A DNA stretch of 64,000 nucleotides from Thermodesulfobacteriota bacterium (lineage in GTDB: Bacteria; Desulfobacterota; Binatia; Bin18): contig OZ219926.1 of assembly GCA_964291405.2 (NCBI GenBank), positions 2,912,001 to 2,976,000 on the forward strand, written 5' to 3'. Below are positions 39,300 to 48,761 of the stretch, one piece after another (position 1 is the first letter of the stretch; every line of letters starts with the position of its first letter). The position numbers and the translations under genes were made by a program. Below the pieces are notes generated by a model that saw only the letters and a program-made list of their open reading frames with translations, had not been told where the DNA came from and made no database searches.

Positions 39300-39689
39300 C
39301 TAGGATTTGTCGGCCAGCTCTCGACCCTTGTCCGGCGTCGGGTCTTTGACGAGGCCGTAGATTTGACGGCCCTCGTGGTCTTCGGGCAGATGCTCGGTAA
39401 TCGGCGTACCCTCGGGTGTCACGAACAGCAGGCAGTGGCAGTATTTCCATTTCTTCATTTCGTCACAGGCACAGACCCACTCGCGGCTGCGTTCGACCTC
39501 GGCTTTTTTGTCGGGATAAAAATTACACGGGCAGAGCGGCCGGCCGACCTCATCGATATTATTGGCCAGACCCAGAATTACCGATTCGGTCACCTCGGAC
39601 TCCGGATGGCCTGAGGTCCCGGTTTTCTGCATATATTTCTCAACGTAGACGCGCATGCGCTTAATGCTTTTCTCGGAGGGCTGGTCCAT
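39300..39689 (-). CDS. Ferredoxin:thioredoxin reductase catalytic subunit
   Basis: CPC, CAC and CHC motifs (LCPCNFY, WVCACDEM, YCHCLLF). Confidence 0.88.
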   Translation of the reverse strand: MDQPSEKSIKRMRVYVEKYMQKTGTSGHPESEVTESVILGLANNIDEVGRPLCPCNFYPDKKAEVERSREWVCACDEMKKWKYCHCLLFVTPEGTPITEHLPEDHEGRQIYGLVKDPTPDKGRELADKS

Positions 39690-39800
39690 TGCTTGACTCC
39701 TCAACTCTTTATTCATGACGAATCGGCGCTTCACCCCTAGTCTAGTATTTCAAGCGAGCCTATGCCACCCTGTGTGCTTCCGCTAGACGAGAGCATATCC

Positions 39801-40781
39801 ATGGCTCAGGACCCACCAAAAATTTATGTCACTCGCCAGCTTCCCGAAGCAGCGCTGACCCCGTTACGGAACTGCGGTGCCCTGTCTGTCTGGGCGTCCG
39901 ACCAGGCCGTTTCGCGCGAGACCTTGCTGCACGAACTGCGCGATACCGTGGCCCTGCTGAGCATGGTCACGGAACGCATTGACGACGATCTGCTCGACCA
40001 TGCACCGCAGCTCAGGATCGTCGCCAATATGGCCGTCGGGTATGACAATGTGGATGTTCCGGCGTTGACCCGTCGCAACATCGTCCTGACCAACACGCCG
40101 GGTGTTCTGACCGAAACCACGGCCGACCTCACCTTCGCGCTCATGCTGGGTATCGCCCGCCGTATCGGCGAAGGCGAACGCCGCGTGCGTACCGGCCAGT
40201 GGCCGGTGTGGAGCCCGTTTGTCTTTCTCGGGACGGACGTTCATCATGCCACGCTGGGCATTATCGGTCTGGGTCGCATTGGAGCCGCAGTCGCCAGGCG
40301 CGCACACGGCTTCGATATGCGGGTGATCTACCATAATCGCGGTCGGAACAAAGAGGCCGAAGAGCAACTCGGATGTACCTGGGTCGATATGGACACGCTG
40401 CTGAGCGAGTCGGATTTTGTGGTCGTGCTGGTTCCGCTCGGTCCGCAAACGCATCAACTCATCTCGACACCTCAACTCAAAAAAATGAAGCCGACCGCTT
40501 TTTTGGTGAACGCCGCGCGGGGGCCGATTGTTGATGCGCAGGCCCTGTATGCAGCCTTGAGGGACAAGGTCATTGCCGGGGCTGCACTTGATGTGACCGA
40601 CCCGGAACCGCTGCCCGCGGACGACCCCTTGCTGACGCTCGACAACTGCCTGGTTGTCCCCCACGTCGGCAGCGCCAGTATTGCCACCCGGACGCGTATG
40701 GCCACCCTGGCGGCAGAAAACGTTGCCGCCTTTCTCGGCGGCCGGCGTCCGCCCACGCCGGTGAATATGGAGGTCCTGTAA
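39801..40781 (+). CDS. D-2-hydroxyacid dehydrogenase (glyoxylate reductase/D-glycerate dehydrogenase)
   Basis: AVGYDNVD, GLGRIG, NAARG, LDVTDPEP and PHVGSA. Confidence 0.92.
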   Translation: MAQDPPKIYVTRQLPEAALTPLRNCGALSVWASDQAVSRETLLHELRDTVALLSMVTERIDDDLLDHAPQLRIVANMAVGYDNVDVPALTRRNIVLTNTPGVLTETTADLTFALMLGIARRIGEGERRVRTGQWPVWSPFVFLGTDVHHATLGIIGLGRIGAAVARRAHGFDMRVIYHNRGRNKEAEEQLGCTWVDMDTLLSESDFVVVLVPLGPQTHQLISTPQLKKMKPTAFLVNAARGPIVDAQALYAALRDKVIAGAALDVTDPEPLPADDPLLTLDNCLVVPHVGSASIATRTRMATLAAENVAAFLGGRRPPTPVNMEVL

Positions 40782-40825
40782 GCTGGCGCGTTTCATTCCA
40801 GGCTGTAGCCCTGCCGTTGCGCTCG

Positions 40826-40901
40826 CGTCATGCCGGACGTGATCCGGCATCCAGAGGCGGGGGGACGGGAAGCCTGGATTCCGGCTTGCGCCGGAATGAC
40901 G
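40826..40901. repeat. Paired REP-like hairpin repeats between convergent genes
   Basis: CGTCATGCCGGACGTGATCCGGCATCCAG ... CTGGATTCCGGCTTGCGCCGGAATGACG; related copy at 47869-47896. Confidence 0.75.
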
Positions 40902-40949
40902 GCAGGGATCGGCTGGCTATATGGAAGCGCCAAGCATTTTACGGCCACG

Positions 40950-42029
40950 TTATGACCGGAAATACGGGACCACATATTTCCCGAACAGGCGGATCGAATC
41001 CATGATGTTCTGGTGCGGAATACCGCCGAACTGCATAAAGCACAGCACCTGATCAACCCCGGCTGCCTCGTATTTCTTGAGCGTCCGAATGCAGCTGTCC
41101 GGATCGCCCATGCAGAACATCCCGCCTTCGATAAGCTCGTCCAACGACTTGCCCGAGCGCTCCCCGCGGACTGACTCCACTGCAAACTTGTACGAATCGG
41201 GCACTTTCGTCCCCTGTTCCTGCCAGGGCCGATAGAGTTGGAGCGTTTTATTGAGGAACCATTCGCCGGCCGGGCCTCCCACTTCTCGGGCCTGTTTGTC
41301 GCTCTCAGCACAGTGGACGATGCCGAGGGCGGCAACTTGGTCATTGACAAAGGCGCCAACAGGCTCGGCCTGCTCTATGCCTTCCCGGTAGAGTTGCACC
41401 CGGCGAGCGAGTTCCTCCGGTTGGCCGATATGAAAGCACAGCGCGCCAATACCTTTCTGACCGGCAGCGGTGAAGCTGGCGGGCTGAGCGCAGGCCACCC
41501 ACAGGGGAGGGTGGGGTTTCTGGACCGGCTTGGGAATGACCGAGCGGGGCGGAATCTTGAAGTACTGCCCTTCGTGCGAAAAAGGATCTTCGAGCCACAT
41601 TCGTGGGATAATCGAGACGGCTTCTTCCCACATGGGCTTGGTCTCTTCCGGATCAATACCGAAGCCTTCCATCTCGATCAGCGTGGTCGAGCGGCCCGTG
41701 CCGAGTTCGACCCGGCCGTCGCTCAACAGGTCGAGGACCGCCGCCCGCTCCGCTACACGGATCGGATGATTGTACTGGGGCGGCAGCAGCGCAACGGCAT
41801 GACCGATCCGGATGGTCTTGGTGCGCTGCGAGATCGCACCGTACAAGACCTCCGGAGCGGGACAGTAGGAAAACTCGGTGAGAAAATGATGCTCAACCGT
41901 CCAGAAATACTCAAATCCCATCTCCTCAGCCAGCATGACCTGGGCGATGACTTGTTTATAGGTGTCTTGCACAATATTGGGGGTGTGGGGCTCAGGGATC
42001 TGGATTTCATACATCATGCCGAACTTCAT
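40950..42029 (-). CDS. LLM-class flavin-dependent oxidoreductase
   Basis: WTVEHHF, HPIRVAERAAVLDLLSDGR and PKPVQKPHPP. Confidence 0.9.
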   Translation of the reverse strand: MKFGMMYEIQIPEPHTPNIVQDTYKQVIAQVMLAEEMGFEYFWTVEHHFLTEFSYCPAPEVLYGAISQRTKTIRIGHAVALLPPQYNHPIRVAERAAVLDLLSDGRVELGTGRSTTLIEMEGFGIDPEETKPMWEEAVSIIPRMWLEDPFSHEGQYFKIPPRSVIPKPVQKPHPPLWVACAQPASFTAAGQKGIGALCFHIGQPEELARRVQLYREGIEQAEPVGAFVNDQVAALGIVHCAESDKQAREVGGPAGEWFLNKTLQLYRPWQEQGTKVPDSYKFAVESVRGERSGKSLDELIEGGMFCMGDPDSCIRTLKKYEAAGVDQVLCFMQFGGIPHQNIMDSIRLFGKYVVPYFRS

Positions 42030-42169
42030 CTGGCAGCTCCCTTTTCTGTGTATGATCAGGACGCTTCGCGCTTCTGGAAAATGTCATAGTGCGGAAAAGT
42101 CTGCAACCTGGCACACTATGCACAACGTATTCCCTTGACAAAGAGACTATACATGATCCTGGTAAGACC

Positions 42170-42427
42170 ATGAAAAAGGTAATGGTGTCGGAGCTGAAGG
42201 CGAAGTTGAGTGCTTACCTGTCAGAGGTTCGCAAGGGAGAGACGGTGGTTGTTTATGATCGGAAAATGCCCATTGCTCGGCTGATTCCTTACGCGCAGGC
42301 TCCCGATGAACTCGGGATTGAAGAGCCCGTGATAACGGATCGCGGGCTCGCATGGCCGAAGCCGATCCGGCTTCGTAAAAAGGTCGATGTAGTGAAGCTG
42401 CTCAGAGAAGGCCGGGAGCAGCGTTGA
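42170..42427 (+). CDS. Phd/YefM (prevent-host-death) antitoxin
   Basis: VSELKAKLSAYLSEVRKGETVVVYDRKMPIARLIP. Confidence 0.88.
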   Translation: MKKVMVSELKAKLSAYLSEVRKGETVVVYDRKMPIARLIPYAQAPDELGIEEPVITDRGLAWPKPIRLRKKVDVVKLLREGREQR

Positions 42428-42431
42428 CCCT

Positions 42432-42587
42432 CTATTTTTTCGGACGAGGTGGTGGGGGTGGGGGTGGGGTTTTTGGCGGAGACTGAGGTTGTGCTGGTTC
42501 AAAACTCTCACGATATCTGCGTGGTGAAGAAGAACCTTGAGCAGGTCTACTTGGGGCTGGTCTGACAGGCTGATTCGATTTACTCAT
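42432..42587 (-). CDS. Small Pro-rich protein
   Basis: GAGAGGTG RBS; MSKSNQPVRPAPSRP...PPPPPPPRPKK. Confidence 0.45.
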   Translation of the reverse strand: MSKSNQPVRPAPSRPAQGSSSPRRYRESFEPAQPQSPPKTPPPPPPPRPKK

Positions 42588-43210
42588 GACACCTCTCCCT
42601 CTCCACTCTCCTTTCGGTATCGAGGTCCGGGTCATATACAACCGCGATTGAATAGATTGATGAGGCCGTAATAAACAAGTCTTGGTAAGCGAGAGACACA
42701 GTTGCCGGTATTCTCATCATAAATGAGATCATATCTCTCTTGTTAGGTGGCGCGGCAGTATCTGCTAGTGCATGCTTCGCCGTTACGAAGCGAAACGATA
42801 ACCCAGTGGTCAGGAATATGTCTCCTCAGGAACGTATCCCATGCAAAGGGATGTGGAGAATTCCCGGACCATTCCGCTAGGTATCCGAGACAGGACGGAA
42901 TAATGAGACCAATAATCGTGGCTCCTATGAGATGTCCTAAAAACGGGAGAAGAAGGACAGAATCAACGGTGGATGGATCAACCTTCTTGAGCAATTCCGG
43001 GAAAATATATGTGGGCTGTGGTAAGCACAGCGGCGTTGCAATTAGCCAATATAAGACAAGGCCCCCGACACTAAAGCTTATAATACGAAGGACACTTCTC
43101 CACTCTTTCTCTGTAGGATTAACACCGATCCTGAGATAAAATATGTAGTCAGCGACAATACCAGGTACTAAAGCGAAGATAATGACGAATATGCTATCGA
43201 GGGTTGGCAT
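42584..43210 (-). pseudogene. Lower-GC membrane protein (DUF6338-like), degraded in its 3' half
   Basis: Three TM segments then AWD...WVIVSLRNGE; continuation (YQDLFITASSIYSIAVV) in shifted frames. Confidence 0.5.
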
Positions 43211-43360
43211 CGTACACCCTTCTGAGTAATCTCACGGGTAAATCTTACAGTACCCAACAGCACCTCCACTGTCTATGGAACAATAGAGCTACAGACCATC
43301 TTCCAGAGGACAATGATATCTTAAATTATCTGGTTGATATTCTCTTCACAGAACCGCTGA

Positions 43361-44104
43361 CTACTCAACAAGGCGGGCGAGTTCCCCTTCCACGTCAGCC
43401 GTATCAAGTACCCAATGGCTCACGAGCGCAGCATCGACCTCTCCGAGCAGTGCCGCAGCTTCCTCGGGCGTGCTCAGTTCGTCCAGTGAGATGATGACTT
43501 TCTGTCGTGGAACCTGAGCGGCCAACGCTGAGACGTGGGCGACGTCGAGTTTCCCGTTTGGAGAAGCCAGACCGATGATGAAACTCTCGGTCGCCAGCGC
43601 CTGACGGAGTTCGTCGGATGTCCGGGCCATGACAACAGGGGACACGTGGATGGAACGGGCGGTGGTCATCAGACGCGCTAAGCTTGGCGCATCGACCGCG
43701 CCGGCCCACAGCAAAATCGCATCCGCCCCGCACAGCCGCGCCTGATGAATCTGACTGTCGTGCAGGACGAGGTCGAGGGCCAACAGCGGAGTGGTGACTC
43801 GCTCCGAAATCGCGCGCATATCGTCGCTCGACGTGCCGAACACGCTCGGTTCGGTATATACGCCAATGGCCCCGACTTCCGTATCGTCGCACGCTTGGGC
43901 GAGCGCCACGAGGTCCAGCTCGGGCCAGGCTTGACCCGTATCCGGGTCCACCCGTTTGAGCGCGGGGATAAGGCCGAGCTCTTGTTTCTGTGTCGTCACA
44001 AACTGCGCAAAATCACGAATGCTCGGTGTGACCTCGCTCAGCGGCGTAGCTGCACGTTGCTGAATATCGGTTTCTTTGGTCGCCCTCAGGGCTGTCCAGT
44101 CCAC
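43361..44104 (-). CDS. Indole-3-glycerol-phosphate synthase (TrpC)-like protein, catalytic residues substituted
   Basis: VYTEPSVFG and QIHQARLCGADAILL match the IGPS fold; E-x-K, RKDF and LVEV motifs are altered. Confidence 0.7.
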   Translation of the reverse strand: MDWTALRATKETDIQQRAATPLSEVTPSIRDFAQFVTTQKQELGLIPALKRVDPDTGQAWPELDLVALAQACDDTEVGAIGVYTEPSVFGTSSDDMRAISERVTTPLLALDLVLHDSQIHQARLCGADAILLWAGAVDAPSLARLMTTARSIHVSPVVMARTSDELRQALATESFIIGLASPNGKLDVAHVSALAAQVPRQKVIISLDELSTPEEAAALLGEVDAALVSHWVLDTADVEGELARLVE

Positions 44105-44138
44105 ACGCGCTCCCTCGGCTTTCTTGACGCCTTCCTGG

Positions 44139-44936
44139 CTAGCTTTCGCGGATGCTCAGCATATTCGGCAGTCCGGTATGTGAGGTCACGCCGCCGTCCA
44201 CGGCGAGTGCCTGACCGGTGATGAAGGAGGCTTCATCGGACGCGAGAAACAGGACGGTATTGGCAATTTCTTCCGACTCTCCCATGCGTCCGAGTGGATG
44301 CGCCTCGCCTTGGAGACGGCGGAATTCGTCGGCCCGGTCGCCCCCCAGGAGTTGCGCCGCGCGCGTGTTAATCGCGCCGGGGCAGACGCAGTTCACCCGG
44401 ATATTATATTGGGCGTTCTCAATCGCCGCCGAGCGGCTGAGGTTGATGACGCCGGCCTTGGCCGCGTTATACGCCGACATGCCATAGTCGCCGCCCAGGC
44501 CGGACACGGACGCCGTGTTGACGATAGCGCCCTTGGCCTGCTCCCGCATAATGGGCAGGCAGTACTTCATGCCCAGAAAGGTCCCGGTCAGCGTGACGGC
44601 AAGCGTCCGATTCCAGCTTTCGAGGGAGGTGTCCTCAAGCCGGGCCAGCTCTCCGAGTCCGGCATTATTGAACATGACATCGAGACGGCCATAGGTATCG
44701 AGCGCGAGCTGAATCGTGGCCTGGATGCCGTCCGGGTCGGCCACATCCATTTTGATCATGGTCGCCTTTCCGCCCGTGTCATTGATCTGTGCCGTGACCG
44801 CCGCCGCCCGTTTCCCGCTCAAATCCGCGACAATGACCGCCGCCCCTTCCTGGGCAAAGCGGACGGCTGACGCCGCCCCGATCCCGGAGCCACCAGCAGT
44901 GACAATCGCCACCTGTCCGTCGAGTTTCCCCGCCAT
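44139..44936 (-). CDS. Short-chain dehydrogenase/reductase
   Basis: TAGGSGIG, NNAG and YNAAK. Confidence 0.93.
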   Translation of the reverse strand: MAGKLDGQVAIVTAGGSGIGAASAVRFAQEGAAVIVADLSGKRAAAVTAQINDTGGKATMIKMDVADPDGIQATIQLALDTYGRLDVMFNNAGLGELARLEDTSLESWNRTLAVTLTGTFLGMKYCLPIMREQAKGAIVNTASVSGLGGDYGMSAYNAAKAGVINLSRSAAIENAQYNIRVNCVCPGAINTRAAQLLGGDRADEFRRLQGEAHPLGRMGESEEIANTVLFLASDEASFITGQALAVDGGVTSHTGLPNMLSIRES

Positions 44937-45054
44937 GACCGTTCTCCTCTCGTCTTTTTCTTTTGGATAGCACAGTACGAAAATGAGTAAATGTGTCCTC
45001 CAACAGAGCAGGGGTTGAGTCGTTTCCTCATCCTGGGCGAGGCGCCTCGTCCTT

Positions 45055-45984
45055 TCAGCGCGAGGAGCCTTGGGTCACAATGGGATCGAACGGCAGCTTC
45101 TCTTTGATTTGGCCACTGGTCTCGTAGGCGCTTCGGGCTGAAGAGAAGGGACCAATAAGAACCCGATGCCACTCTTGCTTCATTCTTGCCACCTCGGCAA
45201 TGGCGGGCGCATAGCCTTCCTGGTGCAAGAGCCGGGCCGCCCGTTGCGCCTTATCGTGCGAGCGAAAGGCCGCCACTTGAACCTGGTAGATTTGTGGTCG
45301 TCTTACAGGCCGAGCCGGTCGGGTCACGGCGGAGCCCTGTTTTTGAGAAGCCGTACTCGTGCTTGCACCAGTTTCGGGCAGGTCGGGCACGAGTGCGGCC
45401 AGATTGCGACTCAGGTCGTCGATGGCGCGCACAAATCGAATGTCGGTAAAGGTCCATAAATTTCGAACCATGCTGGCCACCAGGCCCACCGGGGAAAGCG
45501 GGAGTCCCATATCGTGTAAACGCGTCGTATAGGTCTCGTGGAGGAGAACATCACCGCTGGCTACCCCGACGACGCGGAGGGTCCCTATAAGCGCCAGTTG
45601 AGAATAGACACCGACATAGATATTGTCCGGTTTCGATACGAGGCCGTAGACGAGCACGTCACACTTGAGCTGGCGGCCGAGGTCTTGCGGCGTCAGTTTG
45701 TGCCAATTGTCTATGCCGGCCAGGCGTGCGTCTATTTCGTGCAGCTCAACGTCGGTAAAGCGCTTGACGCTCAGATGACCCGCGACACCCTGGCGCACCT
45801 TTTCATCCAGCCCGTCAATATGGCTGGTGTTTTCAAAGGGCAGGACGCACAGCTGTTTTCCGTGAGGAAGAGCCTGCTGGCTCCAGGTCATGAAATTCTG
45901 CGTTGGTGTTGGTGGCTTACGTGACGAGCAGGCCGGCAGTAGGAGACAGAGCATCACCCCACATATCCACATCCCTCTCCACAT
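45055..45984 (-). CDS. Putative lipoprotein with DUF799/CsgG-like domain and C-terminal SPOR domain
   Basis: Lipobox LPAC, VLPFEN, and YQVQVAAF...WHRVLIGPF SPOR motif. Confidence 0.75.
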   Translation of the reverse strand: MWRGMWICGVMLCLLLPACSSRKPPTPTQNFMTWSQQALPHGKQLCVLPFENTSHIDGLDEKVRQGVAGHLSVKRFTDVELHEIDARLAGIDNWHKLTPQDLGRQLKCDVLVYGLVSKPDNIYVGVYSQLALIGTLRVVGVASGDVLLHETYTTRLHDMGLPLSPVGLVASMVRNLWTFTDIRFVRAIDDLSRNLAALVPDLPETGASTSTASQKQGSAVTRPARPVRRPQIYQVQVAAFRSHDKAQRAARLLHQEGYAPAIAEVARMKQEWHRVLIGPFSSARSAYETSGQIKEKLPFDPIVTQGSSR

Positions 45985-46180
45985 CCCCAGCTCCTTCCAC
46001 ACTCAGGCCCGATCAAACGGGCTGAGCAACGCTCCCGGCGTTGTCAGTATATTCCGTATAGCAAATTTCCGGGTAAAGGAAAGGCTTGTTGTGTTGCTGG
46101 TGGCCCGAATCCTTGTCGGTTCCCAGGAAAGCCGATACAGTCCGGGTGCGAGGGATCGCCCAGACAAGGAGGGAGAGGGC

Positions 46181-47866
46181 ATGCAGTATGACCTGCTGAT
46201 TAAAAATGGATTGCTGGTCGATGGCTCGGGCCAGCCCGGCTATTACGGAGATGTGGCGGTTGCCCAGGGCCATATTGCGGCCATGGGCAAGGTCGACGGC
46301 CCGGCAACGGAGGTCATTGACGCCACAGGGCTGGTCGTCTCCCCCGGATTTATCGATGTGCATACCCACTACGACGCCCAGCTTTTCTGGGACCCGCTGG
46401 CAACGCCAAGCTCCTGGCACGGTTTCACCAGCGTCTTCATGACTAACTGTGGCTTTGGCCTGGCACCGTGCAAGCCGGAAGACCGCGACTATATCACCCG
46501 TATGCTGGGTAAAGTCGAAGGTATGCCGCTGGGCAGCCTCAAGGCTGGGGTGCCCTGGACGTGGGAATCGTACGGCGAATATCTCGACGCCCTCGACCAC
46601 CAACTGGGGGTGAACGTCATGGCCTTAGCCCCGCACTCAACCATTCGCTACAACGTGATGGGCGATGACGCCCGCAAACGGCCGGCCACCCCAGACGAAG
46701 TTCTGGCCATGCAGGCGGTGGTGAAAGAGTGCGTCACGGCTGGCGCCTTCGGTTTCTCGTCGTCATACGGACCGGTCCATTTTGACGGGGACGGTATCCC
46801 CGTGCCCAGCCGCTTTGCCGAAGAAGACGAAACCGTTGCGCTCGCCGCTACTCTGAAAGATTTTCACCGTGGTACGGTGTGTGTCATTCCGCCGGGTATT
46901 CCAACAGTGGGTCCCAAGGACATGGACTATCTGGCCCGCTTGTCACGGGAGAGCGGACGCCCGGTGCTGTGGAATCTCTTGTCTCAGACCTGGTCCGCCC
47001 CCGACCATTGGAAACAGGTCCTGGACTGGACGGCAGACGCCTTTCGGGAGGGCGCTCGGGTCCATCCCCTGTCTTTGTGCGAACGGTTCGATCTCACTTT
47101 TTCCCTGCGGGGAGCCGTGTTTGAGGACCTGCCGGCCTGGAAGGCCGCCATTCGGGGCCGCCGGCCTGAAAAAATCGCCAACCTCTCGGACCCGGCCCAC
47201 CGGGCCGCCATGCAGCGCGACCTGGACGACCCCTCGCCAAAGGTGTTCTCAAAGCGCATGCAGGACATCCTGGTGGACAGCGTTCGCCAGGACGAGCATC
47301 GGTCCCTGGTGGGCAAAGACCTGGTCACGATTGGCCAGGAGCAGGGCAAAACGCCGCTTGAAGCCATGCTCGACCTGGCGGTTGCCGAAAACCTGGACAC
47401 CCAGTTTCTGATCAAGGGCTTTCAGAATGGTGACGAGGAGGCCGTGCGCAATCTGGCCACCAACCCCTACGTGCTGACAGGCGGCTCGGACGGCGGCGCC
47501 CATATCTCGTTTCTGTGCCAGGTCACCTATCCCAGCTTTCTGTTGAGCCACTGGGTCAGAGAGAAAAAGGTGCTCAGTCTGGAACAGGCGGTCAACCGGC
47601 TGACCTTTACGCCAGCCCAACTCCTTGGCATCCCCAAGCGGGGTCTCCTCAAGCAGGGCATGGCCGCGGACCTGACTATCTTTGATCCCGATACTGTCGA
47701 GGCCAAGCCCAAGGAATTCGTCCAGGACTTTCCGGGTGGAGCCTCACGTCTGGTCGCGCGCTCCGAAGGCTATCGCTATACCGTTGTCAACGGACAGGTC
47801 CTGTTGCGCGACGGCGAGCCGACCGACGCCCGACCCGGCCGCGTGCTGCGAAGCTATGAACACTGA
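46181..47866 (+). CDS. N-acyl-D-amino-acid deacylase family amidohydrolase
   Basis: PGFIDVHTHYD, NCGF, SDGGAH and RPGRVLR. Confidence 0.9.
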   Translation: MQYDLLIKNGLLVDGSGQPGYYGDVAVAQGHIAAMGKVDGPATEVIDATGLVVSPGFIDVHTHYDAQLFWDPLATPSSWHGFTSVFMTNCGFGLAPCKPEDRDYITRMLGKVEGMPLGSLKAGVPWTWESYGEYLDALDHQLGVNVMALAPHSTIRYNVMGDDARKRPATPDEVLAMQAVVKECVTAGAFGFSSSYGPVHFDGDGIPVPSRFAEEDETVALAATLKDFHRGTVCVIPPGIPTVGPKDMDYLARLSRESGRPVLWNLLSQTWSAPDHWKQVLDWTADAFREGARVHPLSLCERFDLTFSLRGAVFEDLPAWKAAIRGRRPEKIANLSDPAHRAAMQRDLDDPSPKVFSKRMQDILVDSVRQDEHRSLVGKDLVTIGQEQGKTPLEAMLDLAVAENLDTQFLIKGFQNGDEEAVRNLATNPYVLTGGSDGGAHISFLCQVTYPSFLLSHWVREKKVLSLEQAVNRLTFTPAQLLGIPKRGLLKQGMAADLTIFDPDTVEAKPKEFVQDFPGGASRLVARSEGYRYTVVNGQVLLRDGEPTDARPGRVLRSYEH

Positions 47867-47900
47867 TTCTGGATGCCCGCCTGCGCGGGCATGACGGGCC

Positions 47901-48755
47901 ATGCTGAAGCAGACCTTCCGCCACATCCAGGGGATTGGCGAGAAAACGGAGCGGCGGTTATGGAAGGCTGGGGCTACTTGCTGGGAATATCTTCTGGACC
48001 ACCCGACCCTCGGCTCCCTGCCTCCCGGACTCCGGGACGAATCGCGTTTCGAACTTGAACGCTCGTTGACCGCGCTCGAAAAACGAGACGCCCGGTATTT
48101 CATCACCAAACTGCCCCACCAGCTCCATTGGCGCCTGTATCCTGAGTTTTCCGAGCGGGTTGCCTATCTGGACATTGAAACCACCGGCCTCGGCACCGAG
48201 GAATCCATGCTGACCGTTATTGGCCTATATGACGGCGAGCGGTCTCAGGTTTATGTGCACGGCCGGAACCTGGAACAGTTTGTGACGGACATTGACGCTT
48301 TTACCCTCCTGGTGACGTATAACGGCAAGCAATTTGACCTGCCCTTTCTGCGCACCAAACTCGGCATTCCGCTCAACCAGGCCCATATTGACCTGCGCTA
48401 TCCCCTCGCCACGCTGGGGTATAAGGGCGGTCTGAAAAAAATTGAAAAGCGCCTGGGTCTTGAGCGACCGGGTCTGGTCTCCCAGCTCGATGGCTGGTGC
48501 GCGGTCGTCTTGTGGCGCTACTACGAACGGGGCGAGAGCGGAGCGCTGGAAACGCTCCTCCACTACAATCTGGAGGATGTTGTGCATCTTCCGGCCTTAT
48601 TGGCCAAGGTGTATAACACGTCGATTCAACAGCTCCCGTTTCCGGTCGAGCCGGTGACGCTGCCAGACCCACCTCCCATTCCGTTTCAGCCTGACGAATC
48701 CATCATGTTGCGCGTTCTTGCCGACACGGGCCGTTTGCCCGAGGTGGACGCATAA
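47901..48755 (+). CDS. YprB-like RNase H-fold exonuclease
   Basis: IQGIGEKT HhH, LDIETTG, YNGKQFDLPFL and YNLEDV. Confidence 0.85.
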   Translation: MLKQTFRHIQGIGEKTERRLWKAGATCWEYLLDHPTLGSLPPGLRDESRFELERSLTALEKRDARYFITKLPHQLHWRLYPEFSERVAYLDIETTGLGTEESMLTVIGLYDGERSQVYVHGRNLEQFVTDIDAFTLLVTYNGKQFDLPFLRTKLGIPLNQAHIDLRYPLATLGYKGGLKKIEKRLGLERPGLVSQLDGWCAVVLWRYYERGESGALETLLHYNLEDVVHLPALLAKVYNTSIQQLPFPVEPVTLPDPPPIPFQPDESIMLRVLADTGRLPEVDA

Positions 48756-48761
48756 ACACGG

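Noticed and set aside
47901-48755. Nuclease as a possible Cas or defence partner of the array
   Set aside because: YprB-like DEDD exonuclease 24 kb away in a metabolic context; no Cas motifs
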